Assembly: GCA_964473825.1 (NCBI GenBank)
Contig: CAYYQL010000002.1
Coordinates: 128,001-192,000 of the forward strand
DNA length: 64,000 nt
DNA from: an uncultured archaeon
Lineage (GTDB): Archaea; Asgardarchaeota; Thorarchaeia; Thorarchaeales; Thorarchaeaceae
Direction of reading: 5' to 3'
Positions 41,386 to 50,894 of the stretch are shown one piece after another. The notes under the pieces are model-generated. The model ran no database searches. It was not told the DNA's origin and was given only the letters and a program-made list of their open reading frames with translations. The position numbers were made by a program, and so were the translations under genes. Position 1 is the stretch's first letter; each line of letters starts with the position of its first letter.

Positions 41386-42369
41386 TCAGTCCCCGCCCAT
41401 CAATGTCTTCAGTCGTTCCATTTCTGCAAGCATCTCAGACTGGAGTGAACTCTTGGGGCCGCCGGTCTTGGGGCCGCCACTGGAAGAGGCACCAGTCGGG
41501 GAAGTAGCTTCGGGGGGACTACCACCAGGAGGACCACCGCTTGGAGGACTACCACCAGGAGGACTACCGCTTGGAGGACTACCACCAGGAGGACTACCGC
41601 TTGGAGGACTGCCACCAGGAGGACTACCGCTTGGAGGACTGCCACCTGGGGGACCACCGCTTGGAGGACTGCCACCTGGGGGACCACCGCTTGGAGGACT
41701 ACCACCTGGGGGACCACCGCTTGGAGGACTACCACCTGGAGAGCCTACCCCAGACGGTTGGGGTTCTACAGACTTGGCTTCGCCCGGTACACCAACGCTC
41801 GGGGGGCCGCTCTCGTCTGCTTCAACGGCCTTGCCCGACATGGCTTCAAGTTTACGTAGATAATCAGATCGTGCTCGATCAACCGCAGAGGAAGAGTCAA
41901 GCATCTCCTTGAATTGTTCATCCTTCGCAATAGCCGCACGCACCGCTTCCATCCTTTGCTGATATGTAGACACAAGTTTTTGCCTCATATCTTCACTCAA
42001 ATCTTCCAAGTCTGAGTAGTACTCGATTGCTGCTAGGGCCTGCTGTACAGCATTCTCTTCGATTTTCAAGAAGATAAGAGCGTCTGAGGGATTTTTGATG
42101 TAGCTCAGTTTCTTGGCTCCAGAGATGCCGCTTGAAATATCCCCGGTCGATGCAACGATTCGTTGAATGCCAATCGCTACGTCATCTCGTGTTGAGGTTC
42201 GCTTACGTACTACCAATACAAGTATGATGACCAATAGCGGTACGACTGTCAAGATATAGAACCACGCAATCGGGCCAAATGGTATTCCCAGAGGCTGGAG
42301 GGTATCTGATATGGAGCGGAATAAATCGACGATGAGTCTCGTGAACTCAGTGTAAGGGGAGGTTTGCAA
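41386..42369 (-). CDS. Single-pass membrane protein with coiled region, Pro/Gly/Ser repeats and C-terminal amphipathic helix
   Basis: TM at about aa 32-54, AGGTGA SD, (GGSPPSG[G/S]PP)x7, tail SSLQSEMLAEMERLKTLMGGD. Confidence 0.85.
   Translation of the reverse strand: MQTSPYTEFTRLIVDLFRSISDTLQPLGIPFGPIAWFYILTVVPLLVIILVLVVRKRTSTRDDVAIGIQRIVASTGDISSGISGAKKLSYIKNPSDALIFLKIEENAVQQALAAIEYYSDLEDLSEDMRQKLVSTYQQRMEAVRAAIAKDEQFKEMLDSSSAVDRARSDYLRKLEAMSGKAVEADESGPPSVGVPGEAKSVEPQPSGVGSPGGSPPSGGPPGGSPPSGGPPGGSPPSGGPPGGSPPSGSPPGGSPPSGSPPGGSPPSGSPPGGSPPSGGPPGGSPPEATSPTGASSSGGPKTGGPKSSLQSEMLAEMERLKTLMGGD
41516..41740. repeat. 30-bp coding tandem repeat, 7 full copies plus partials
   Basis: Unit RCCACCWGGRGGACYACCGCTTGGAGGACT repeated from 41521 to 41730. 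Confidence 0.97.
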
Positions 42370-42607
42370 TTGGTATCACCTAGTAGTACATATCGACATA
42401 GATGCAAGCTTATGTGCGGTATTTTAGCTTTCTCGTGGGTATTTTATTTTGTATCACGCAGGTGTGACACGGATAGGGTCGATTAGTGGTTTGTGGTTAA
42501 CCCCTATGTTCGCACGAGCACTCATAAACATGTGTGTGATGCCACCACTAACGAACCACCGAGAGAATAGCTTTTAAGGTCAACACCTGCTCAGTTGCTT
42601 CAGAACT

Positions 42608-42740
42608 GCCCCAGTAGCAAAGCGGCCCGCTGTAGTTCTGTGCTACAGGCCGAAACTGCGCCTGACTTGTATGTCAGGAAGCTACTAGCCCTGACCACGA
42701 AATCAGGAGATCGCGAGTTCAAATCTCGCCTGGGGCTCCA
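42608..42740 (+). tRNA. tRNA-Thr(TGT) with two introns (D-loop 42629-42654; 37/38 42672-42701)
   Basis: GCCCCAG/CTGGGGC, U73, CCTGA/TCAGG, BHBs, CCA. Confidence 0.92.
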
Positions 42741-42787
42741 CTATCTTCGTACTTGAGTATCAGCTCGAAGTGTCACTGGTTCCTCTG

Positions 42788-44005
42788 TCATGCTTGTGAA
42801 TTCATTCTCTTTGCAGCGGTCTCGAGCGCTTCAATCAGGGGTAATTTCTTGCCAGTCATGAAGTCCATAGCAGCGCCACCACCTGTACTGATGTGAGTGA
42901 TTTCATCAGCAAGGTTCATCGTTTCTGCCATTGCACCAAGGTGGCCTCCACCAACTACGGTGATGCATTCGCATTCAGCCATTGCTTGTAGCACAGCAAT
43001 GGTCCCGCGGGCGAATTGCTCCTTTTCAAAGTAGCCCATAGGACCGTTTGCAAAAGCTATACCCGCTTTGTCTATGGCCTTGGTGAAGGCCTCTGTAGTC
43101 CTCGGACCAATATCATAGAGTGGATCACCACCGGTTTCATCAAATTCACACTCTACACGATTGCCATTTCGCTCCACTGCTGCATCAATCGGAAGCTGAA
43201 TTGCGTTCTGGTATTCCGAAAGGAGATTCTTGGCTACTTGTATCAAAGACTCGTAGTCCTTTATTGGTTCGGCATAGTGCTGTGGGATTTTGCCTGCGGC
43301 GACCAAGAATAGATTCCCGATAAGACCTCCGACTAGAACGGCATCTGCCCGTCCGGTTTCCAGAAGAGTATTGACAATCTTCAGTTTATCAGCAACTTTG
43401 CTGCCCCCCAGAACAAGAATCCAAGGATGTTTCTCCGATGAGAGAACCTCTGATAGTGTTCGTATTTCCATTTCCATTAGACGGCCTGCAACCGAGGGCA
43501 GATAAGGTGTGAATCCCACGACGGAAGCTTGAGAGCGATGTGCCGCCCCAAATGCATCGTTGACAAAGAGGTCAAAGAGTGGATATAATTCCTGTACGAT
43601 TGGTTCCTGAGACACCTCTTCTACAGGAGCCTTCTTCATCTCTCCGTCAAACATCCTGACATTTTGGAGAACAAGGATTTCGCCAACCTTGACCTTTTGA
43701 ATTGCATCCTTTGCAGCATGCCCAAAGATGTCATCAATGAATTGGGCATCGAGGCCAAGGTCTCTCATAATTCTGGCATGCTGCTCTAATGATATGAAGT
43801 CATCACTGCCGGGACGTCCTTGGTGGGCCATGAGGACAACCTTGCTTTTTCGGAGCTCTTCTAGAGTTGGAATTGCTGCTCTGATTCTCGAGTCGTCAGT
43901 AATCTCTTTCGTGTCGGGATTCACGGAGCAATTGATGTCGACACGGACGAGAACCCGCTTTCTCTCATATTGTACGTCGTCGAGTGTCTTGAAGGGGAGA
44001 TTCAT
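42788..44005 (-). CDS. pgk: Phosphoglycerate kinase
   Basis: RVDIN, HQGRPG, NDAFGAAHR, ISTGGGA. Confidence 0.97.
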   Translation of the reverse strand: MNLPFKTLDDVQYERKRVLVRVDINCSVNPDTKEITDDSRIRAAIPTLEELRKSKVVLMAHQGRPGSDDFISLEQHARIMRDLGLDAQFIDDIFGHAAKDAIQKVKVGEILVLQNVRMFDGEMKKAPVEEVSQEPIVQELYPLFDLFVNDAFGAAHRSQASVVGFTPYLPSVAGRLMEMEIRTLSEVLSSEKHPWILVLGGSKVADKLKIVNTLLETGRADAVLVGGLIGNLFLVAAGKIPQHYAEPIKDYESLIQVAKNLLSEYQNAIQLPIDAAVERNGNRVECEFDETGGDPLYDIGPRTTEAFTKAIDKAGIAFANGPMGYFEKEQFARGTIAVLQAMAECECITVVGGGHLGAMAETMNLADEITHISTGGGAAMDFMTGKKLPLIEALETAAKRMNSQA

Positions 44006-44214
44006 ATCGCCACGCACTCCTCATCATCACGGTTTGATAGCCATTATGATGATACTTTGGAAATGTAATAGTGCCTACACAAAAACCTACCTGATTAGAA
44101 ACAACTTGATTTCAGACGACGAGTCTGATGCAAGTCCGCATCCTGTTATACTCATGATAGGAGTGCCTTCGCAGACAGTGTAGATAGATTGACGGATTCC
44201 TTGTAAAAACAGAG

Positions 44215-44379
44215 TGGTGCCGCAGGAGGGCACCTCGCACCATCACCAAGAAGTGATAATGATTCGATCCCTCGACTTCGAGATGCCTCATCAGGCGCAG
44301 TCTCAATGACCCCAATAGTTTCTTGGGAATTCCAAGAAGATTATGAGTCTCGCGCCCCACCAGGCTAGGCTACTGCGGC
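44215..44379 (-). tRNA. tRNA-Met(CAT), probably elongator, with two introns (37/38 44285-44341; T-loop 59/60 44232-44262)
   Basis: GCCGCAG/CTGCGGC, CGAGA/TCTCG, GAGGG/CCCTC, A73, CCA; 77 nt after removing both BHB introns. Confidence 0.88.
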
Positions 44380-44519
44380 AGGTTAGAACTCATCTTGAAG
44401 TCTAGCAAGCAAGCACACCGGATTTCTCTAATTAAGGTTGTCCTCAAGTCAGAGAAACTCACTCCATTGAAGTGATTTTTGAATCGAACACGCTTGGTCT
44501 GAGATTGCTTTTGCCGCCG

Positions 44520-46439
44520 CTATTCCTTCCTCAATACTCGTTGGACTTCTTTCTCTAGCATCTCCTTGACTTTCTTGCCATCTGCCTTTCCTTTTAGCTC
44601 TTTCATGGCAATTCCCATCAGCCCACCAACGGAGCGTTCTCCCTGTTCCTGAATGAAGTCAGTTCGATTCTCAACAATTTTCTGGATGATGGCGCTGATT
44701 TCCTGATCAGCAACCATCTGAAGGTCCAGAGCACTGACTGCGTTAGCTAGATTATGATCGGGATTCTCCGCTAGGTATGAGAGAATGTCGGGCAGAGCTT
44801 CTGCTGAGATTTCCTCAGCCTCTATTGCATAAAACACCTGGAGAATCAGATCTTCACTGATATTCTCCACAGGAACGCCCTCACGATTAAGGCTAACCAA
44901 TGTGTTTTCCAGCGTAACAGCGACTAAGGTCGGGGAAACCTCTGTTTCATCTATTACTCTCTCAAAAGTATCGAGATTCAGAGAGCGTACGATGAGAGAT
45001 GCTAGCTCTTCGCTTAGGTCAAGTGTTTCAACAAAGCGTTTCTTCTTCGACTTCAGAGATTCTGGCATGCTGGAAAGAATACGCTTGTGCCGTGAATCCG
45101 TAATCTTGACTGGACGTACATCTGTTTCGGGGTACATCCGTTCCGCCCCTGGACGGGGACGAGCATAACGAGTTGTACCATTTGGTAGTGGAGTGCGTGT
45201 TTCCGCCGGTACGCCCTCCAGTGCTCTCTTAGCACGGTCCAATACAGCCGTGAAGCTATCCGTTCCGCTTTCCTCGTCTGCAACTACGAGGACTACTGCG
45301 TCTTGGGATTCTGCAGATACAGCTGTTCTTAGCCCCTTTATCTCGTCTGCTGAGATTCCATACGCTGGTAGTTCGTCGGTGTGAAAGATGCCCCCGACTC
45401 CACCCCAGAATTTCGCATAGTCTGAGAACTCCGTTCCGAGTCGCCTCTCTGGCTGAATCTCCCGTCCTATCAAACCAGCAAATCCCGGCAGACAGATAGC
45501 ATAGGCTCTGTCACCTTTTTGGAGAGCCCGTTTGATGGTTCTTGATTCTGAGTTCTGGAAGACCGATGAAACATTAGTAATCTCTTCTCCGATGTCTTGA
45601 GATTCGATTCCTCTTTCTCTGAGATTATGAGCAATTTCTAGGAGATTTTTCTGCCGAAGGGCTTCATTCTCTACAATACTGGCAAGCATGTCAAGTTGCT
45701 GGAGACCCTTGATCTCAGTTATTGCTCCACCCTTGATTGATACATTAACATCTTGTCTGATACTTCCAAGCCCTCTCTTCACCTTCTTTGTGGACCTGAG
45801 CAAGAAACCGATAGTGAGCGCCACTTCTTGTGCTTCCTGAGGTGTGGAGATGTCAGGTGCCGTTGCAATCTCGATGAGAGGAATTCCTAGTCTGTCGAGA
45901 CGATAGGTACGTATGTTCTTCTTCTCATCCTCATCTGTCTTACGAGCGGCATCCTCCTCAAGGCAGATTGTCTGGATACCGATTGGTTTGTCATTGACTA
46001 ATATACTGCCCCCCATGGCTATGACAGCAGTTCTCTGAAATCCCGTTGTGTTGCTACCATCAATCACTATCTTTCTCATCGGGTGGATTTCATCCATAAC
46101 ATTAGAATCCAAGAAATGAGCCATTATTAGGGAAATATCTATTGACTCTTCATCAATCTCGTGAGGTGGTTCTTCATCTGCCTCGACCAAGCAGGTCGTG
46201 CTGTTGTAATACTCGTAATAGAAGAGCTTCTTTCGCTGGAATTCGAAGAGTGCTGCAGGATCAATTTCTCCGAGTTCGCTTTGTGTAGGGCGTAGGCGTC
46301 GTAAGAATCCACCGTCTGGTTCATCATCTCGTATTACTGTTGGGCAGTGACAGAATAGCTTCCTTGTAGTTTCAAGTTGTTGGTGAAGTTCAAGCCCGAC
46401 CTTCAGCCCTAGCTTCTCGAAGTCAAGGGCGTCCGTCAT
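44520..46439 (-). CDS. gatE: Glu-tRNA(Gln) amidotransferase subunit E
   Basis: GLELHQQL, DGSNTTGFQRT, LDRLGIPLIEI, RMYPETD. Confidence 0.97.
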   Translation of the reverse strand: MTDALDFEKLGLKVGLELHQQLETTRKLFCHCPTVIRDDEPDGGFLRRLRPTQSELGEIDPAALFEFQRKKLFYYEYYNSTTCLVEADEEPPHEIDEESIDISLIMAHFLDSNVMDEIHPMRKIVIDGSNTTGFQRTAVIAMGGSILVNDKPIGIQTICLEEDAARKTDEDEKKNIRTYRLDRLGIPLIEIATAPDISTPQEAQEVALTIGFLLRSTKKVKRGLGSIRQDVNVSIKGGAITEIKGLQQLDMLASIVENEALRQKNLLEIAHNLRERGIESQDIGEEITNVSSVFQNSESRTIKRALQKGDRAYAICLPGFAGLIGREIQPERRLGTEFSDYAKFWGGVGGIFHTDELPAYGISADEIKGLRTAVSAESQDAVVLVVADEESGTDSFTAVLDRAKRALEGVPAETRTPLPNGTTRYARPRPGAERMYPETDVRPVKITDSRHKRILSSMPESLKSKKKRFVETLDLSEELASLIVRSLNLDTFERVIDETEVSPTLVAVTLENTLVSLNREGVPVENISEDLILQVFYAIEAEEISAEALPDILSYLAENPDHNLANAVSALDLQMVADQEISAIIQKIVENRTDFIQEQGERSVGGLMGIAMKELKGKADGKKVKEMLEKEVQRVLRKE

Positions 46440-46440
46440 A

Positions 46441-47793
46441 TCAGATGACCTCCTTTGGCGGCTGATATTCTTGCATTTCAGTTCGCATTTCAATCTCACC
46501 CACGTGAGAAAGAGTCATAAGCTCCTCTACTTTCTCAGACGTCCTCTCATTGGCCAATAGCCACATCAGTTTCACCAAGGCTGTTTCAGCAAGTGTGTCC
46601 TGGAGGGGGATGACGCCCATCTCAAGGAGCTCTACGCCGGAACGATATACGTCCATGTTGACACGTCCCCAGATGCATTGTGATGTCATGCCAACAACTA
46701 GTCCTTCATCAATAGCATTCTGTATTGCAGGATAAAGGCCGTTCGGGGTGTGACCCAAGCCTGAGCCTTCTAGAATCAGGCCCTTATGTCCCGTGGAGAT
46801 AATATTCTCAATGAAAGTTGCCTGTATTCCGGGGTATGTCTTCACGAGGGCAACCTTCTCCTCGAATCTCGGTTTAACTCGGAGTTTCCTTTCCTTGGCG
46901 CGGTGAAATAGTGGAGGTGATAGTTCGGTAATCTGAGGAGGATCAATTCGATAGAGGGGACGACTATTGATGGAACGGAAGGCGTCACGGCGACTGCTGT
47001 GGCATTTGCGCACTCGAGTACCTCGATGTGCAAGGAGAGCTTTGTCATCGGTTTGCCCGTGCATCACAACCATAACTTCTGCCACATCTGTATTACCGGC
47101 CAAATCAATGGCCCCTGTGAGATTCAGTGCCGCATCTGATGAGGGTCTATCCGAAGATCTCTGTGAACCTACAAGAGCCACAGGCACCGGAAGGTTTTGG
47201 AGTGAGAAGGAAAGGGCTGCTGCTGTGAAGGCAAGGGTATCCGTGCCGTGTGCAATCACGACACCATCAACCCCTGCACGTATTTCCTTAGCCACAGCTC
47301 TTGTGATTTTTGACCAGTCGGATGGATAGATATTCTCAGAAAGGCGGCTCATGATGACTTTGGCCCTGATGTTGGCTCTTTCTCCTAGTTCTGGAACAGT
47401 ATCATGTAGGTCCTGCACAGATAAGGCGGGGTTAACTGCACCGGTTTGATAATCAACTTTGCTTGCAATGGTTCCCCCGGTACTCAGGATTGAAACAGTG
47501 GGCAGGTCCTTCTTGGGTTCAAGCTCAATCTTATCACGATGATGTCTTCTTCTTGCTCTTTTGATCTGTCGAATTGAAGCTTTCTTGTCGATCCGGATGC
47601 CCGTGTTGTATCCGCTATCTAGTTTGATGACAATATGTTCCGGGTCACTTCCGATTTGAGCCCGGGGCATGAGTATACCAGTAAGATCTCTAGTATCAGT
47701 GACAACCCTGATGGTATCGCCAACTCTCGCATTTGCTTGCTGCAATTTCTTCAGAACAACGCCAGCATACCCGGAACTATCTAATCCTGACAT
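46441..47793 (-). CDS. gatD: Glu-tRNA(Gln) amidotransferase subunit D
   Basis: KLDSGYN, TGGTIAS, HGTDT, QRSSDRPSSD. Confidence 0.97.
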   Translation of the reverse strand: MSGLDSSGYAGVVLKKLQQANARVGDTIRVVTDTRDLTGILMPRAQIGSDPEHIVIKLDSGYNTGIRIDKKASIRQIKRARRRHHRDKIELEPKKDLPTVSILSTGGTIASKVDYQTGAVNPALSVQDLHDTVPELGERANIRAKVIMSRLSENIYPSDWSKITRAVAKEIRAGVDGVVIAHGTDTLAFTAAALSFSLQNLPVPVALVGSQRSSDRPSSDAALNLTGAIDLAGNTDVAEVMVVMHGQTDDKALLAHRGTRVRKCHSSRRDAFRSINSRPLYRIDPPQITELSPPLFHRAKERKLRVKPRFEEKVALVKTYPGIQATFIENIISTGHKGLILEGSGLGHTPNGLYPAIQNAIDEGLVVGMTSQCIWGRVNMDVYRSGVELLEMGVIPLQDTLAETALVKLMWLLANERTSEKVEELMTLSHVGEIEMRTEMQEYQPPKEVI

Positions 47794-47877
47794 ATATCAT
47801 ACGCCTCTGGGATGTCAAGCCGACTGCAGTTGGGCTTGGACATAAATGTTCGCCAATTAATATAATGGGGTGTTGCA

Positions 47878-48441
47878 TCATATCAGACTGAAGATGACCG
47901 ACAGACCGATAACAACGAATACAGTTCCTGTCGCAATCTGCACTTTTCTAATGGGAAGCCGTTCTGCCATCCTATCTCCTGCAAATGCACTTATTCCGTT
48001 TAGAAGAAGAAAACTGACAAAGGAACCCACAAATACGGCAATTGGAAACGCTGACTGTGCTGCGAGACCTAGAATCGCGATTTGACTCTTATCACCTAGC
48101 TCCGACAATAGAATCAAAGAGAACATGCTGAACATGCTCTTTGGACTATCACAGTACTCAGATAGGTCACCATCCCTATAGATGAGCGTGTGCAGGCCCA
48201 TGATTACGAAAAGGATGCCTGATACATACAAGATAATCTGGATTGGTAGTGCGAATGACAGGATTACAGCAACAATAATGGCAAAACCAGAAGCAACAGC
48301 CAGTGCTAGTATTGAGGAAAGAATCACTGATGCGGGTCGTCTGAACTTGGCACCAAGACAGAGTGTCGTGAGCATCGTCTTGTCACCCAGTTCGGTAAGG
48401 AGAATGATTAGTGTGGTTGAAAGGAAAGTCAATATTGGCAT
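47878..48441 (-). CDS. TMEM165/GDT1 (UPF0016) cation transporter
   Basis: Two ELGDK(T/S) motifs. Confidence 0.9.
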   Translation of the reverse strand: MPILTFLSTTLIILLTELGDKTMLTTLCLGAKFRRPASVILSSILALAVASGFAIIVAVILSFALPIQIILYVSGILFVIMGLHTLIYRDGDLSEYCDSPKSMFSMFSLILLSELGDKSQIAILGLAAQSAFPIAVFVGSFVSFLLLNGISAFAGDRMAERLPIRKVQIATGTVFVVIGLSVIFSLI

Positions 48442-48489
48442 TATATTTTCGTCCTCTGGAACCTCGTGAGGCTAAGATGGTCTGAAAGT

Positions 48490-49803
48490 TCACTTTGAGA
48501 GATACTCTGATTGCATTTCTTTGGTGAAACCGTTCTCCTTGATTATATCTCTGAAGAGATATGCGCTCTCTCTAGGGATACGCTCAAGCGTGTCATAGTC
48601 GATTTCAATCAGGCCGAAATGGCTCTCAAATCCCTGGGCCCATTCAAAGTTGTCAGTAAGAGACCACACAAGGTAGCCTCGGATGTCAGCACCCTTCTGA
48701 ATGACTCGATGGACCTGCTGAAGATGTTTCAGGATATACCTGCAACGAAGATGGTCGTCTTGGGTACCAATACCGTTCTCTGTGAGAAAGATGGGGGTCT
48801 TATACTTCTCCCAGTATGATTTCAAGACATGATAGTAGCCTTCGGGGTACACTTCCCAGTCTAGCCCCTCACATCGCTCAAGCTCTGGATCCTTCGGAGG
48901 GGTTTCGCCAGTCATGATATCATATTCAGAGGAAACTACCATACGGCTATAGTAGTTGATACCGATAAAATCGGCAGAATCATCGAGGAGAGCGTATCTG
49001 CTTCCATCGCCAGCGGGCTCCGGAATAGTCGAGGTCATCACACCACGAATCCAGACATGATTATACAAATCGTCCAAGTAGCCTGCCAACTCCACATCAT
49101 CAGGATTCTCAGGATCTTGGGGCATGAAATATGTACAGCTGAGTACTGGTGCAATCTGGGGCGGTTCAAGTCCTTCTGATTCATACACCTCACGGATTCC
49201 TGTGGCAGCATGTCCATGTGCCCTTAGCAGGTTCCCGGCTACGGCTAATGCTTTTATATAGTCATTAAGACCTGGTGGGAATTCGCCGTATAGATACCCC
49301 ATTGTGACAACAACCATGGGTTCATTGATTGTGTTCCAGATGATGTCATAATCTGATAGAGCATCGACAATTTTCCGAGTGTATCTACCAAAGAGCCCCG
49401 GACTTTCAGGATTCAACCACGCATCCATATCACGGAACCAGATTGGATTTGTGAAATGATGAAGAGTCACCATAGGTTGGATATCACGTTCGATGAGCGA
49501 TTGCACAACCTTGCGATAGTGCTCTATCCCTCTCTCATCCCACTTCCCCGGACGAGGCTCTATGCGACTCCATTCGATGGAAAACCGGTGAACTTGGTGC
49601 CCGAATTTCCTCGCGAGGTCAAAGTCCTCTTCATAGCGATTATAGTGATCACAGGCAATTTCTGAGGTCTTGCCATCACGTATCTTCCCAGGAATCTTTT
49701 CCCATTCGCGCCAATCGTTTCTGTTTCCCCCCTCAGTCTGATGAGAGGAGGCGGCACTTCCCCACAGAAACCCCTCTGGGAATTCTAAATCTCTATAGGT
49801 CAT
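48490..49803 (-). CDS. Glycoside hydrolase family 1
   Basis: FSIEWSRI, TINEP, TENG, DNFEW. Confidence 0.95.
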   Translation of the reverse strand: MTYRDLEFPEGFLWGSAASSHQTEGGNRNDWREWEKIPGKIRDGKTSEIACDHYNRYEEDFDLARKFGHQVHRFSIEWSRIEPRPGKWDERGIEHYRKVVQSLIERDIQPMVTLHHFTNPIWFRDMDAWLNPESPGLFGRYTRKIVDALSDYDIIWNTINEPMVVVTMGYLYGEFPPGLNDYIKALAVAGNLLRAHGHAATGIREVYESEGLEPPQIAPVLSCTYFMPQDPENPDDVELAGYLDDLYNHVWIRGVMTSTIPEPAGDGSRYALLDDSADFIGINYYSRMVVSSEYDIMTGETPPKDPELERCEGLDWEVYPEGYYHVLKSYWEKYKTPIFLTENGIGTQDDHLRCRYILKHLQQVHRVIQKGADIRGYLVWSLTDNFEWAQGFESHFGLIEIDYDTLERIPRESAYLFRDIIKENGFTKEMQSEYLSK

Positions 49804-49852
49804 AGTTGTTCTCTCCAAGTAGGCAACCGGTCTGTTTCATAAGAGTTGCTGA

Positions 49853-49972
49853 TGGTGCGGGAGGAGGGATTCGAACCCTCGGACTCCTTCGAGAGCGGAT
49901 GACTCATTCCTTGACCCCGTAGTTCATCAGATCTTAAGTCCGCCGCCTTTGACCGGGCTTGGCAACTCCCGC
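49853..49972 (-). tRNA. tRNA-Leu(TAA) with 37/38 intron (49901-49932)
   Basis: GCGGGAG/CTCCCGC, long variable arm, A73, CCA. Confidence 0.92.
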
Positions 49973-50051
49973 ATGAGTAATCTATTGCGCCTTGCACTCC
50001 GCACGTGTACTCTTCAAGGTTGCTAGAACAGATGAAGAAGTCCGGAGTGTA

Positions 50052-50157
50052 TGGTGGGGCGGGCCGGATTTGAACCAGCGACCGTCGAGAACAGCGAGAA
50101 TCTCGTCTGTTTTCTCGGTGTAAGCGAGACATCATAGCCGAGCTAGACTACCGCCCC
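50052..50157 (-). tRNA. tRNA-Val(TAC) with variable-loop (44/45) intron (50084-50111)
   Basis: GGGGCGG/CCGCCCC, intact anticodon loop CTTACAC, 28-nt insert with CGAG/CTCG central helix. Confidence 0.9.
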
Positions 50158-50216
50158 GATGAAGAACGGCCTCATCTTCCGAAGTGTGAAGATGATGTAT
50201 CCAATAAAAGAATTCC

Positions 50217-50894
50217 CTAGTGACGCCGTGCGATTATATGGAATTCGTGCTTCGAATCCGATAGTACGAGTGCCTTGATATCCGAGAAGCCGATTTCAAC
50301 CAACTTTGAGTGTATCTGCTTAGCAGAATCCTGATGGAAGTCCATCTTGATGGCTAGGACGAGCCAACCAGCATCTTTCAGAAAACGAGCATATCTTTGT
50401 GCCAGCCGAAGTGTTCCGTCTGGTTTCGTGGTCACATCAATGAGCAATGTTTCAAGCTCGCCCTCAGAGCATACGGCTTTCGGGTCGATTGAAAATGCAT
50501 CACCAATTACGACAGAAATATTGTCGTATTGCTTGGCAATTGTAAGTAGATTCTCTGCAAAACTATCTGAAATCTCGATTCCAATGCAGTTCGCTCCAAT
50601 CTTTGAGCAATAGAGAAGAAAGCCCCCAGCTGAGCTTCCAATGTCTAGGACCATGTCCCCTTCTTGAATTATCCCCGACCCAAAGCTGTCATTGATTCGC
50701 CTGAGTTTCTCAAATCCGAGCGGATAGTCCAGATAATCCGAAAGGATTCGGACAGAATCGCTATCGTCTATGTCTGTTGATGGTTTGGCAGGTTGTCCAT
50801 TTACTAGTATATGACCGGAATTGATTCCTCTCTTTGCAGTCTGTCTGGACGAGAAATGACCCTCTTCTACCAACCATCGGTCAAGCCTTGTCAT
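50217..50894 (-). CDS. TlyA-like S4-domain rRNA methyltransferase
   Basis: RLDRWLVEEGHFSSR S4 domain; LDIGSSAGGF. Confidence 0.9.
   Translation of the reverse strand: MTRLDRWLVEEGHFSSRQTAKRGINSGHILVNGQPAKPSTDIDDSDSVRILSDYLDYPLGFEKLRRINDSFGSGIIQEGDMVLDIGSSAGGFLLYCSKIGANCIGIEISDSFAENLLTIAKQYDNISVVIGDAFSIDPKAVCSEGELETLLIDVTTKPDGTLRLAQRYARFLKDAGWLVLAIKMDFHQDSAKQIHSKLVEIGFSDIKALVLSDSKHEFHIIARRH

Noticed and set aside
41516-41740. CRISPR array, or the alternative-frame repeat ORFs (VVLQA, EDYHQ, GGLPP)
   Set aside because: Contiguous repeats with no unique spacers; variation is mostly synonymous in the minus-strand Pro/Gly frame, so the other frames are shadows
44285-44341. Permuted hammerhead ribozyme in the tRNA-Met intron (CUGAUGA, GAAA, GUC present)
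   Set aside because: Stems I and II do not close next to the core nucleotides in either linear or circular form
22662-47096. Isolated GTAWTAC copies at 22662, 24966, 40420, 46206, 46333, 47090
   Set aside because: Near chance frequency and no clear 9-bp-phased partner, so not counted as part of the array field
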